From positions 757,638 through 821,637 of the forward strand of contig NW_005434669.1 of assembly GCF_000315625.1 (NCBI RefSeq): DNA of 64,000 nt, written 5' to 3'. Position 1 is the first letter of the stretch, and each line of letters starts with the position of its first letter. Below are positions 23,187 to 35,387 of this stretch, in pieces. The notes under the pieces were generated by a model. It was given only the letters and a program-made list of their open reading frames with translations. It was not told where the DNA came from and ran no database searches. The DNA comes from Guillardia theta CCMP2712. Lineage: Eukaryota > Protista > Cryptophyta. The position numbers were made by a program, and so were the translations under genes.

Positions 23187-24291
23187 TCTCGAAGAATCAT
23201 TCTGCAAAGTTATGTAAAACCATCAAATATCTGATGGTAAAAGAATTGAATCTGCATCTCACTTGAGCATGGGCGCCAACATTGTTTTGAGCCATCTACC
23301 ACAAATTCATAAGCTTGCATTAGACACGAGTTTGCATACTCGAGCATTAGTAACACTATACGAAGGAGGAGGTGCACGATATGCTGCCATGCTTCTTGAT
23401 TTCCAAGTTCTACAGCGCGCGATTGGAAGATTTCATGTGTGCGAAATTTTCCTGGAATTCAGTCTTATCAAGAACACATCCTTTCAAGATAGGCAACATA
23501 ACAGCACTTCCACCCTTTCTCACTCCAACTTTGATTTGAGATTATCCTCTCCTCTTTTCTGAACTCCCTCCCTCCTGTCCCATTCTCTCCGCTTCCCATC
23601 ATCGCTGCTCCCGCTTCGCTACAGCTGCTGCCATGGGCATTTGTAGCATGTTACAAATGCCCGTCGGACAACTTGAAACTTTCTCCAACAATTTGAAAAC
23701 TATGGAAGATATTCGACCGGGCCCAGTAAAGGGCCGGGCCTTCGCCAGTGATGCCCTTGTCAGTTATCAGCAAGGTTATGAGTCCTCATAGCTGGGTGGC
23801 CCTCCTCCCCCAACAGTCCCTTAAAAAAAACCGAGAACGTGCGTGCGCCGCAAGCCAGCAAGAGGTGATGGCGGATGGAGATGGAGAAGGAGGAGGAGAG
23901 GAGGAGGAGATGATGCGACGATCTGATGTTCATGATCTGATGAGCTGAGATTTCATCGTGAACATTGCTGTGATGTGGCTCGGAGACGTTTTCCATATGA
24001 TCAGAACACAGAGGAGGAAGGACGTGGGGTGGATGTGGGGGAGAGGGAATGCGAAGATCGGGCAACTAATTGCTGCACGTCTTGATGTGGACATGATTGA
24101 ATCTAATGCTACTTGTGCGTGAAGCATGAAGATGAGAATTATGTGCTTTATATGTTTTGCTGCAGAGCAATGATGTGTTTTTGTATTACAGCGTATTTGA
24201 TTGTGGAGTTGACCTTGTCTGATATTCTTGTTGAAGTTCGTGTTCGCTTTTGTCTGCCTTGAAGTCTGACGATTATTGCAGCAACTGAACA

Positions 24292-24741
24292 ATGCCCCCC
24301 AAAGCTGAGAAGAAGGAGGAAGCCGCCGTGTCCCTCGGACCTCAGAAGAACGACGGAGAGCAGGTCTTCGCCGTCGCTCACATCTTCGCTTCCTTCAACG
24401 ACACTTTCGTTCACGTTACTGATTTGACCGGACGTGAAACTCTCGTCCGTGTCACTGGAGGCATGAAGGTTAAGGCGGATCGTGACGAGTCCTCCCCGTA
24501 CGCTGCTATGCTTGCCGCCCAGGATGTTGCCACCCGATGCAAAGAGCTCGGCATCACTGCCTTGCACATCAAGATCCGCGCTACCGGTGGAGTCAAGACC
24601 AAGACTCCTGGACCAGGAGCCCAGGCTGCTCTCCGCTCCCTTGCCCGTTCCGGCATGAAGATCGGGCGCATTGAGGACGTTACTCCCGTCCCCACCGATT
24701 GCACCCGAAGGAAGGGTGGTCGCCGTGGTCGCCGTTTGTAA
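24292..24741 (+). CDS. RPS14: 40S ribosomal protein S14 (uS11)
   Basis: [36 protein letters not shown]-terminal [18 protein letters not shown]...CAG acceptor just upstream suggests a 5'UTR intron. Confidence 0.98.
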   Translation: MPPKAEKKEEAAVSLGPQKNDGEQVFAVAHIFASFNDTFVHVTDLTGRETLVRVTGGMKVKADRDESSPYAAMLAAQDVATRCKELGITALHIKIRATGGVKTKTPGPGAQAALRSLARSGMKIGRIEDVTPVPTDCTRRKGGRRGRRL

Positions 24742-24989
24742 GAGAGGAGCGCTCCTCTCGGTCTCGGCTGCGGGATCAGTACTTGTTCAGTCGCGCACGA
24801 CGGCAGCTCAACAAGAAATTCATGTTGTTTTTCTCCTTCCCTGATGCTCCCTGGCGTGCTATCCGTCCTCTTTATTCTCTAGTAAACGGATTTGGCTGCA
24901 ATTTCATTGCTGATTCTGGGGACCCCAACCTTACAAGCTTGTAGACAAACTCGTTGTCACTTCCGTTGCACTATTCCACGACTGTGTGA

Positions 24990-26230
24990 GATTGGTCAAC
25001 TAACAAAGATACGAATAGACCTGATAGACAGTCCATGCCATCATTACCTGTGCATCTCTTGATTGGACCTGTAAATTGTCGGTACGCTCCCATGAAATGG
25101 ATTCATGATTCACCTTCTTTGTGATTATCTTCGCAACATCTCTTTCTAAATTTCCATCTTTGTACAGTATGGCAATTTTTTGCATTAAAGATGTCACCTG
25201 CCATTCAGTTTGAGTCAAGAAAAAAATTCTCGCTAAAACCTCGGCATCTGTCGGCTTCGAAGGAGACGATTTCTAACCATATCAGCGTCAGATACAACCT
25301 CAGCGGGCATCAATTGATTTACCTTTGTTGATGCGGACAGTGAAGATCGTTTTGATTCAGGAGCACGATGATCGGATCGACTGGTTTCAGCTTCAAACTT
25401 TTTCTTTGGCAGATTTTGAGGCTTTTCAGTGAATGTGGGCGATGTTTACCTGCTTCTGGAGCTTGACAAGGGTGAATCTTATGAGCAAGTCATTCGCAAG
25501 CAGTGGCGCCATCAGTTTGGCAGTGAACTGACCCGTCCTGACCACGTCTGTATGATGGTGTTGCTGGCTCTGTGAAGGCAACTGTCAGCTTAAGATATGC
25601 AGGGCAACGAGGGAGGACCGTAACATTCTTTTCGCTTGCTGCGAGAGGTTCCTGTAAGATCTGCATTGCAGCAGCAGGAGCTCAACCAGTCAGTCCCCGT
25701 GGAGAACTGCTGTCGCATCGTTCACCTGTCGTGTCGAGGGGCGCAGTGTTGCCGCTGCTGTAAGGGTTATCACAACTCAATAACAAGCATGAGGTATGGC
25801 AAACCCGAGATGTCGCAGGCCAGAGGAGCCGTTCGCTGACCAACCCAGTAAGAGAGGACATGGGGAACTGAGCCTTACATGATCCTCGATGGTGACTTGT
25901 TGCACATTGTCATTGACACTTTCAGATTGAGAGCAGGCGTCACGGCAAAGATTTTGAAAAAGGAACAATCTCACCCACAGCAGCCTAGCATGTTTGATCG
26001 TGTCTCCTTCTCCCATTCTATCAGGCTATTTTGAATCCACTCAAGCATCATCAGACGAGACTGATTGGAACATGATCCAGTTGGCGACACGACCCCTTTT
26101 TCGGGGTATTAACTGAGTTCGTCCATTCCTGTAAACATACAGCAATTCATCAGCAGGGTAACTTGTAAATGATCCGCTCGGAACACACGATCGGACTTTA
26201 CTCCTGACAAAGATTTTGAACGGTCCATCT
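24990..26230 (-). CDS. Hypothetical multi-exon protein (boundaries uncertain)
   Basis: Series of short minus-strand reading segments bounded by GT/AG sites (e.g. ARIFFLTQTEWQVTSLMQKIAILYKDG). No family recognised. Confidence 0.35.
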
Positions 26231-27317
26231 GTTCACTCTGCGTGAGATTCCTTTTCCTGACTTGCGTCCGACTTGCACTGCGGACAGTATTTCCCTATTT
26301 CTGTCTGCTTTCTTTCTTGTCTGATCCGATCCTTCTCCCGGCGCGGCTGTGCGGCTTAATACCGTAACTGCTTGAGTCTCTATACTATGATACCAAGTAG
26401 CGGCTGAGCGGCACCGCGGCAGTGACTTATGATCCGCCGCATCAACTTCAGCGCCGCCGAGCCCCTGGAAGCGCTGCGCAGCTGTGGCTACTTCTGTACT
26501 CTTCGCCCTTTTCTCCTTACAACGGTCCCCCGGACTCACCCGTCAAACTTTGAAAAGAAAAGCACGTAAAAGAGTCTTCAGTCAGCGTGACTCACTCAGT
26601 CACTCGGGCCTGACTGAGGGCCCGGGCCCGGCGGGGGCCCCGGATTATCCAGGCCGGGTCCGAGCGGCCCCGAACGGACCGTGTCAACCCGGGCCGGTGA
26701 CCCGACACGTCAGATTCTGATCACCAACCTTTACCACCCACCCTCGACAACTTGGGAAGGGGGTACTGGACGCATGAAGGGATCTTGACCCTGAAATGGT
26801 GGTTGCAGTCGTCTAGAGGCTGAAGAAGGAGAGCAGGAGGAGGGCAAGGGTAGTCGACGAGAGAGAGGATGGCAACGATGCTTCGGCTGAGGTTTGACCG
26901 TTGGTAGAGGGACATGTGTTGTGCGCATGTGGAGGGACAAGGAGGGTGGGCGAAAGAGGGGTTGACGAAGAAAAACAGAAGATAGGAATGGAACATTAGA
27001 TGGTCTTGGGTTTTACTCGTTCATAGATTTAAGATGAGAAACAGAATGGTTCGGTGGTAAATGATGTGATGGATGTTGAAGGAGTTTGCAAGGGATGTTT
27101 GGCTTAGCTGCTGTTATTCGAATCTCAGTCTTGGAGTTCCGCTTGCTGTTGTCTGCACTTTGCATGGTATTGCTGATGGGCGAGTGTACTATGACGAGGA
27201 TCATGTTTGTCTTGCCGACCCTTACCATAGCAGAAACGTTCACAGTGAATGATTTTGAAGCTGCTATCATGCGTTTTTGTTTCATTGACGCCATCGTTGT
27301 CATCAGCGTTTTGCAAG

Positions 27318-28015
27318 ATGATTCGACGCATCATCACCGCTGTTCTGGTGTTCATGTTCTTGATGGCGGGCGCCAACAAGGTCTCGCCGCACATCAATGC
27401 AGAGATGCACAACCACCTCTCAAAGGCGTTTCCCCCCATGGGAAAGGTGCGCCGTCCTGCTGTTTGCTCGTGTGATGGCTCATGGATTGATTGCTGTTGC
27501 ACGCGTTAGATGTGGAGCGGTCTCCTTCGAGACTTCCTCGCTTCCTTGAAGCAGGAGCAATACCATGATCTCATCGAGAAGAATCTTCTGGACGATGGTT
27601 CCGGCAGTTACAAAATGTTCATGACCAACCTTGGGTACATGTGGTTTCTCATTGATTTATCGTTTCTTATTTTCTCCTCGTTAGATACGTCGAAGTAGTG
27701 TGCGCTGTGCTGTTGATGACCCCGCTTAGTCCCCTGCCCTCGCTGATCCTCTTTCTCATCATGATCGCTGCAACCTATACGCATCATGTGATGAAGGAAC
27801 CGGTCACTATGCTTTTGCGAGCAAGCAAACGATACTAATCCTTCAACGTGTTGCATCGACAGATAGTGGTAACTGTCGGACTGATGGTCCTGTTTGTCGT
27901 GCGCGCATTGCTGCCAGGTGACTTCGTTCAAAAGGGTGTTCGTCTGTTGTTTGATTACACATTTTCAGTACCGAAGTCTGCCGGCAAAAAAGTTGTCAAG
28001 CCGAAGAAATCGTAG
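27318..28015 (+). CDS. DoxX-family / TMEM35 (NACHO)-like ER membrane protein, 5 exons
   Basis: Spliced MIRRIITAVLVFMFLMAGANKVSP...NLGYVEVVCAVLLM...MIAATYTHHVMKEP... with ~4 TM helices. C-terminal KPKKS* (KxKxx ER retrieval). Confidence 0.7.
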
Positions 28016-28438
28016 ATGACTTTGTGTGTTTTGAGCATCACTTGAATCAAAGAGATCTTAAATAGATTGCAATGTTAATCAGTAAAATGAATCTTGAGCT
28101 GCAACGGCCATATCGCCCAGCAACGTTTGAACACGTTTTGGGCAAATTCGCTTGGAAATGAAAAGTTTCTCTTCTATTCCGTTGTTGTGGTATTCCTTGT
28201 CAATCAGCTTTGGTTTTCTGGGAGAGCCAATCGTTTTGTTTTAGCCACCATGGCATTCTATTTAATCGATGTGATACAATTTGCATTTCACTTGCGCTGA
28301 TCGCAAGTGATGTGATGATGCTCTTCTGATGGGCTTCGACTAGTTCATACGATCCATCTCTGTCTGTCACTGTCTGTTCAACAAGAACTCTGACCAAACT
28401 TGTGCGTGACCTATCTAGCAGCAATTGCTTCCGGGAGA

Positions 28439-29623
28439 CTAGAGGACCGAAGGATCGTCCATCATGGCAGCAAAGTAAGCCGGGATGAGCAATACTGCTG
28501 CTGTCCAGCAAGCAGTCTCCACGCCTTGAAGCTTAAGGGAGAATTTCAGCAACTGCGTTGAGAGCACTCCCACTGGAAAGTCTCCATACTGTGCAAGGTC
28601 ATACAGGGCAAGCTGGAACACAAAGCTGAAAATGTGCAGAACAACGAACAACGCCTTTTGTTGAAACAGACCAGCCGCACCAACGACGATGCCGTAAAGT
28701 CCTAACAGCATTGTGAAGACTCCGTCTGCTAACACAAGGTCTCTTCTGCTGACGAAGAAAGGCGCCGCAGTCGTGACGGGGACCGATGCTTCTCTCATCA
28801 ACACGGCAATCGCCATCTCGCTGCATCCTTTCAACAGCACCAGGAAGCTGTAAAATACAACGAGCCCTCTCAGCACGGCGTTACTGAAGGCTTCGGTAGG
28901 CTCTTTCTTGAAATCCTGTTTGTAGAAGTGAAGGGTCAGACAGAACTGCCCACTGAGCAGCGCTGTGCCATTGGCTATCATATACAGCATGCACATCATT
29001 TCAAACTTGACAACTGACGGGTTTGAGGAGTATAATTTGGCCTCGAATGCCCAAGTTCCAAACATCATGGCAGCTAATGTAAAGATTCCAAAAACTCCTT
29101 GTAAAGACAACACAAAGATGGTAAAACCTTTGCTCTTGACGTTCAACAACACAGCGGTAATTCCGAGGGTAAGTCCTCCGAGTCCCATGCATAGCATGCA
29201 CAATCCCGATATGAGGAGGACGACTGGCGGATACACAACACCGCTTCCTTTGTAGTTCGACAGATTGTCGTGGCTGGAATATAGATTCGCATATTCGACA
29301 CCCAAAAGAACTAGCATGAAAGAGAAAAGAACAAGAAATGCCGATATTGCTGACGCTTGAAATGATATGTTTCCATGATTTCCTCTTGTGGGCTCTTCTT
29401 GTTTTTCAGAAGATTCTTGAACGGGCATTGCAGAAAGCATGACAGTTGCCAAGAACAATGTAAAATCGTTTGTCCTGCCATTTACAGTCATCTTCCTCGC
29501 AACAAGATTGGGATAGGAGCAGAACGTGAAGTGCTTGATGAAACAGGTAGTTGCGAGATGACCTCTCAGTCTACCTGAGTCTAAGTTGTGACTTAGTGAT
29601 GATGAGTACTGCATGCAGCACAC
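28439..29623 (-). CDS. Hypothetical multi-pass membrane protein (~7-8 TM; true start probably downstream of 29623)
   Basis: 394-codon ORF of successive hydrophobic helices. No family recognised. Confidence 0.65.
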   Translation of the reverse strand: MCCMQYSSSLSHNLDSGRLRGHLATTCFIKHFTFCSYPNLVARKMTVNGRTNDFTLFLATVMLSAMPVQESSEKQEEPTRGNHGNISFQASAISAFLVLFSFMLVLLGVEYANLYSSHDNLSNYKGSGVVYPPVVLLISGLCMLCMGLGGLTLGITAVLLNVKSKGFTIFVLSLQGVFGIFTLAAMMFGTWAFEAKLYSSNPSVVKFEMMCMLYMIANGTALLSGQFCLTLHFYKQDFKKEPTEAFSNAVLRGLVVFYSFLVLLKGCSEMAIAVLMREASVPVTTAAPFFVSRRDLVLADGVFTMLLGLYGIVVGAAGLFQQKALFVVLHIFSFVFQLALYDLAQYGDFPVGVLSTQLLKFSLKLQGVETACWTAAVLLIPAYFAAMMDDPSVL

Positions 29624-29933
29624 TAGATAGCCCTTGCAAGAAAGCTATCAGTATGGCAGGCTGTTACTAGTTCGTGGAACTGAGCCAACTCGGATCGACT
29701 AGAGTTGATGACACTGTACTTGTCACTGGCATGCAGCTACTAGGCTACTAAAGTTCTCTCATTGAATAAAGTTCACCGCTTGCCAAGTTTTCTCAGTCTC
29801 ATGCTCTGACCGTGTTCTACTCGTTTTCAAGTTTCAATTTCGCCTGCATGGCATGTAATATTTTTCGGCTTCGACCAAGTTTTCAAGTTCCGGGAAATAC
29901 GCCTCCCTCCGAGGCTCCCGGTGAGTCTCCGCC

Positions 29934-30464
29934 TGTCCTCGTACTGTTTTTTCACTTAACGGAAGTTTGAGCGCCTTCAAAAGCGCCACTGCCGGTAGTC
30001 ACGGTACCGTACGGTCAGTACTGACCTGGGGCGCCGCCGCGCGGCCGGGCCGCCGGCCGTACCGGCCCCCCCCGGCCGATCCGGTGACCGCGGGCCGGGC
30101 CCGCCGCCGCCGGGCCGCCGCCCGCCCGGCCGCGCGACTCTCAATGGGCCCCGCCGCCCGCCGGGGGCGGACTCCGAGAGTCCCCGATCACCGGGTCCGT
30201 CGCCGGGAGCCACAGGCTCAGTGAGGCCCCGGCTCACGGTTAACTTAACAGGCTTTGAGTAAAGTTCCAAAGTCCGGTCAGGACATAACTAGGCTCTTCT
30301 TTACGCTAGGCTAGTTTGGAGTAAAACCCCGGCGGGCCGGGGGCCCAGCCTGGCCCGCGGCTGAGGGCCTGGCCTCACTGATCGCCGTACTGAGTCCAGT
30401 TGAGTAAAACCTCACGGTTAACCGGGCACTCTTTACTCAAGATTAGTTAAGTCAAAATTAGTAC
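29934..30464. mobile_element. Candidate MITE-like unit: GC island bracketed by inverted element copies (29934-29971 minus, 30238-30264 minus partial, 30431-30464 plus)
   Basis: Left end TGTCCTCGTACTG...CTTAAC...TTTGAG is the reverse complement of the consensus. Right copy is CTTTACTCAAGATTAGTTAAGTCAAAATTAGTAC. No TSD identified. Confidence 0.4.
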
Positions 30465-32217
30465 CGAAAGAGGAGACCGATGAGCACGTTGCGGTACTAA
30501 GTAGCAGGGGTGTTTGCGCCTTCAGCTTCCCAGTGACTCTCTGTCGCAAGGGCGTTGATGCAATTTGTCTACCTTTTACAGCTTCGTAAAAAAAATGAAG
30601 ACTCCCTTCTTCAGGGTGTACTGGCAAAAGGAACATTCCAGGCAGGGTGGGGAAAAAAACATTTTACTGCCCGCCCCAGAAGGCAGGCTACGGGGAACTA
30701 CTCGGGGTTGCCTGGTCGAATCTGTGACGAATTAACGACCCAACCTCTAGTGCTTCTGGTGGGTCATCAACACTAGCGGAGATGGTGGGGGTGATTCCTC
30801 GTACAATCTCATGGTACCACTGGTTGTACGCCGACTACCTTGCGGGATTTGTTAGTGGTGAGAAGGGGTGGAGGCCGGGGAAGTGTGTGCTAAGGGGAGA
30901 GGTAGGAGGTATTCCCCTTTTTATTGAGGACAACATATGAGATTCTCACGGTATGGTGGACAGAGCTTGAACCATGCCCAGAAGGTCATGGAGACACCCC
31001 TACCCCCCTATAAACAAAAAGGGGGTGATGGCTGGACGGTGGGGGTAGTTCTAAGGGTCTACATGTAAAGGGTCCCCGGGACGATGCCGCTCCTTCTTGG
31101 GAGATAGGGTGGAGATGTTAAAGGGGGGGTGGTAAGGAATTCGACTACCATGTAGGGGTATTGGCACTGAATTGCAGTAGTCTTGGTGGGGTGGTGGAGA
31201 ATTACACAGAGAATCCATGTTGGACTCTATTGGAGGGGGAATGGAAACAAAACTGTATGGAGATGTCTTTTTTTCTTTTTTGCTCTCCCCACTCTCAAGC
31301 ATGGTAGGGGATCCTATGCTGGTAGCACTTTGAATAGGAAGAGGTCATAGGACCAGCACCCCCAAAACGCACACTCTACTACCCTACTGGATGTTTTCCA
31401 CCCCATTACAAATACACCCCCACCCCTCATTTCGTACCTTTGTGGGGCTGCCTCATTGACTGTACCCAACCCCTCTCTTCAGAAAATGATTACCCCCACC
31501 CCCTCATTTCCCATCAATTCGGAGATGCATCTGATGCCTACCCCATCATACATCTTTTGTAGCACCGGTTATTTTCCTTTGAGAGTACAAACTCCTTGGG
31601 CTGTTAGAACCCCCCACCCCCTCGTTTGTGAAACTCGAGAACCCCACCGTTTCCTATTGTACCCCCTTTCGCACACAGGAGACCACCGGATCTGAGCGTA
31701 GGCATCACCCAACCAACTTCACGACGAGATCTACCCCCACCCCCTCTTTCAACTGCAATTACCTACTTCTTCTCCAGGTTCTTTTGCAAGGATGAGCACC
31801 CCACCCACCCTTTGTTCTACACTACTACGCACCACCGTACCTATCATTGACAGTACCCCTTCAAAAACTAACATCGATATACTACCACCACTGATTTACC
31901 GATGATGAAGCTCTCACAAGATCAGACCACGGTAAACAGACAATTTTCTTAAGTACGTCCATAAGTGACAATCAGCATGTCTTTCACATGCTTATTCTTT
32001 TTGCCCCGCAAAAAGCAAGTACCGTACCCTTTGATCACAAACAAGTACCCTACCCACACACAAGCTTAACCCTGAAGGAACCCACCACCCACTCAATCCC
32101 AATACCGAATGACCCTACCCCTTCAAAGACCCCCTTCTGTTCCTCGGGTTGGCCCCCTCAAGACGTCTCCCCATCCCCCTTTCACCCTCAATCCGCGTCG
32201 CACCCTCACCACACGCC

Positions 32218-33480
32218 ATGCTTCGCAAGGTTGTCCTCGCTGGTCTCGCCGCCACTGCAGTTGATGCCTTCACTGCCCCCTCTGGCTTCTTTGGCAACCG
32301 TCAGGCCCCTGCTGCGAAGATCAACTCCGTGAAGCCTGTTTCCGCCAGGACTCAGCGTGTGAACGGTGCGGCCTCCCTCAGGGCTGCCGAGGCTACCAAG
32401 AGCAAGCTCCCTGCCTCCGTCAAGCCCGGCGTTGTCACTGGCCAGGCTCTCGTTGACCTTTTGAACTATGCCAAGGAGAACAACTTTGCTATTCCGGGAG
32501 TGAACATTGTTGGAACTAACTCCATCAACGCTTGCATGGAGGCCGCTGCTAAGTATGGCGGTCCCATCATGGTTACCTTCTCCAAGGGTGGAGGACAGTT
32601 CATTGCTGGAAAGTCTCTTCCTAACAAGAACGATGAGGCTTCCATTGCTGGATCTATCGCTGGAGCTCTTCACGTTCGTGCTGTCGCCAAGCAGTACGGA
32701 ATCCCAGTTGTCCTTCACACTGACCATTGCCAGAAGGCTTGGCTTCCATGGATTGATGGGCTCATGGCTGCCAACGAGGACTACTTCAAGACCCACGGAG
32801 AGCCCCTCTTCTCTTCTCACATGCTTGACCTTTCCGAGGAGCCCCTTGAGGAGAACGTCGCTATCTGCAAGAAGTACCTCGAGCGCATGGCCAAGTGCAA
32901 CGTCCTCCTCGAGATGGAGCTCGGAGTTACTGGTGGTGAGGAGGATGGTGTTGACAATTCTGGAGTCGACTCCTCCCGCCTCTACACCCAGCCTGAGGAG
33001 GTTTGGTACACCTACCAGGAGCTCTCCAAGGTTCAGAATGGACACTTCACCATAGCCGCCTCCTTTGGAAACGTGCACGGAGTTTATGCACCGGGAAATG
33101 TTGACCTCAAGCCAGTTATTCTTCACAACACTCAGAAATACATCAGCGAGAAGCTTGGTGGAAAGGACAAGAAGCCCGTTAACTTCGTCTTCCACGGAGG
33201 GTCCGGATCCTCCCTTGAGGATATCCGCTATGCTATCGAGGCTGGCGTTATCAAGATGAACATCGACACTGATACTCAGTGGGCATTCTGGGATGGAGTT
33301 CGTGGATACGAAGCCAAGTACCACGATTACCTTCAGGGACAGATCGGAAACCCTGAGGGCGCAACCAAGCCAAATAAGAAGTACTATGATCCCCGCATGA
33401 TGTTGCGCGCTGGAGAGGAGTCCATGGCCAAGAGATTGATGCAGGCCGCGCAGGATCTTAACTGTGTCAATGTTGTCTGA
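32218..33480 (+). CDS. FBA: Plastid-targeted class II (type A) fructose-bisphosphate aldolase, intronless
   Basis: VLHTDHC, SSHMLDLS, GGEEDG, FGNVHG, FVFHGGSG, KMNIDTD, PNKKYYDPR. Bipartite leader MLRKVVLAGLAATAVDA-F. Confidence 0.96.
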   Translation: MLRKVVLAGLAATAVDAFTAPSGFFGNRQAPAAKINSVKPVSARTQRVNGAASLRAAEATKSKLPASVKPGVVTGQALVDLLNYAKENNFAIPGVNIVGTNSINACMEAAAKYGGPIMVTFSKGGGQFIAGKSLPNKNDEASIAGSIAGALHVRAVAKQYGIPVVLHTDHCQKAWLPWIDGLMAANEDYFKTHGEPLFSSHMLDLSEEPLEENVAICKKYLERMAKCNVLLEMELGVTGGEEDGVDNSGVDSSRLYTQPEEVWYTYQELSKVQNGHFTIAASFGNVHGVYAPGNVDLKPVILHNTQKYISEKLGGKDKKPVNFVFHGGSGSSLEDIRYAIEAGVIKMNIDTDTQWAFWDGVRGYEAKYHDYLQGQIGNPEGATKPNKKYYDPRMMLRAGEESMAKRLMQAAQDLNCVNVV

Positions 33481-35387
33481 ATATTTGTGAAATGAAACTG
33501 AGGGTAGTGATAAAACGAAAGACAAATTTGTTGTTGTCACTTTCATTCTCACGTTCAATATTCAGTACTTTATTCATTGTTCTGCCATCCAAAAATTCAT
33601 GCCTGTTCAGTATCCAGGTATCACTGCACCCCGTTGAACCTGAACAAGCTATGTCAATGCACTCGAACAGTTATGTGTTGGAAGACCTGCTGGGAATACT
33701 CTCGCCACCATTCAGCATGTGCACGGAAGTGTTCACCGACGTCGGATTCGCAGTCATTGTCTCCATGCGGTTGAACTCCGTAGAGGCTCATCTGATCTTC
33801 GATCAATGCTTGACAAGCCTGCCGCCCGTCCACATTCATTGCGTTGCTGCAAACCGGTTGTGCTGGACAAAATTTCTTGTGAATCGCCTCATACCCAGAT
33901 TCAATGACACAATCAAATGTTATTTGCCGTTTCATCGGATGGACAACGGACTCAGAGATCTGGTCTCTCAGGCTTAGGCGCTCAGAAGCTGCCTAAAAAC
34001 CTTGTGATCGGAAATACCTAGAAAAAACGGTAAGTCTCTTTATCATCAACATTCTCATTGTTTCATTGATCAAATCTATCATGCCTGTGTTTTCTCCTTT
34101 TTATCAAGCTTTTCAATCTACTGTCCCTCGCTGTTAATCTACCCTTCTCGAAAGTCATAACTTGGTCTATAGATGTGTTAGAATCTTTTCTCTGCTTTTG
34201 TTAAAATTGGGGCGAGACAACAAAGATCTAGGCGGGGGTTGTCGAGCTATAATGTGTTTGATTGAAATCATGCATTCTTAGTCCTTGCTGTATTCCGTCA
34301 TGAGTGATCCTACCTCCGGTAGTTGTGCTTCAAACGTACATTAGCCAGTATCCTCACCTGCTTAGATCTGAGTCTGGGTTCTTCCGAATATTTGCCTCGT
34401 TTTCTCTGAACTATCCTGGGGGCGAATATTTGCCTTGTTATCTCTGGACTATCCTGGATCCTCGTTTGCTAGTGTACCTCCTTCCTACAGTTCTATTCTG
34501 TTCTACCCCGCCATTGTTTGTGGGTGGGCGGGAAGCCTCTCACTCACCGGACCCCCTCTACCCCTGTTTGCCTACAAGACCACCCTCTTTTTGACCCACA
34601 ATCCCAAAAATTCCTTACCACCGGTGTGAACATGTATGTCTGTACCTACCCTCCCATCTCCATTGTCTGTACCCTACCCTACATCATCAATGACTCCACA
34701 TTCCTGCAGGTAGACCTAATCAAATCACCTGATTGCATTTTGGTATTAGTGGCTGATCTATATTTTATATGACCTTGAGGGATATCTCTCCTACTGAGGG
34801 TGGCCGTGTTCAAACCCCTTAGGTCAAACTCTACCCCCACCCCACCATTGGACATAGTATCCCACAGTTACAACCCTGCCCCCTCCCCGTTTTGATGGAC
34901 CACCCTACTACCCCTCCTAACGAGTCCCTCGTTCTTACAACCCCCTTTCAGTTGCTTGAGGGTTGTATCAACAAACTGTCTACCCCCCTCAGTCCTATCA
35001 TGTACCCCCTTGTCTCTCCATCTAGGAGAGCGAAAGGGATCGATTCTGAGGGGTGGGGTGCTTGATCTGTCCTTTGGCAGGGGTAGTATGAAGTTGGACG
35101 AGGGTGGGTTGGGCCCACTGACATATTGGTACCACCACCACCCCTCTATTTCCAATAAAATCTCCACCACCCTCGATGGAACTAAAACTTAGTTTTAAAC
35201 TTGTGCGTGCGGCCCCCACGGGTGTGAACCACGGTGATGGTAGAACAGGTCAAAAGCTCATGAAGAAAGTTTGCTGGTAAAAGTTTGATTCTCAAAGTTG
35301 TAAATAAAAGGCTCAAAGTTGTAAAGTCTTGTGTTGGTTGCAGGCACAAGCTGGTTGTACATGCGCAAACGCTGTTAGTGTCGAAAC

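Noticed and set aside
23985-24010. Resemblance to an 18S rRNA segment (GACGTTTTC...ATCAGAAC)
   Set aside because: Short, gapped and in the sense orientation; consistent with chance.
24148-24704. Minus-strand ORFs over RPS14
   Set aside because: Antisense shadows of a highly conserved gene.
30620-32130. Telomeric-repeat or tandem-satellite explanation of the GGGT/ACCC tracts
   Set aside because: No fixed-period unit; the words are scattered in non-alignable sequence.
32206-33558. 450-aa minus-strand ORF
   Set aside because: Antisense shadow of the codon-biased FBA gene; no motif of its own.
33492-34100. Possible small gene downstream of FBA
   Set aside because: Short ORFs on both strands; I could not build a coherent exon chain or see a motif.
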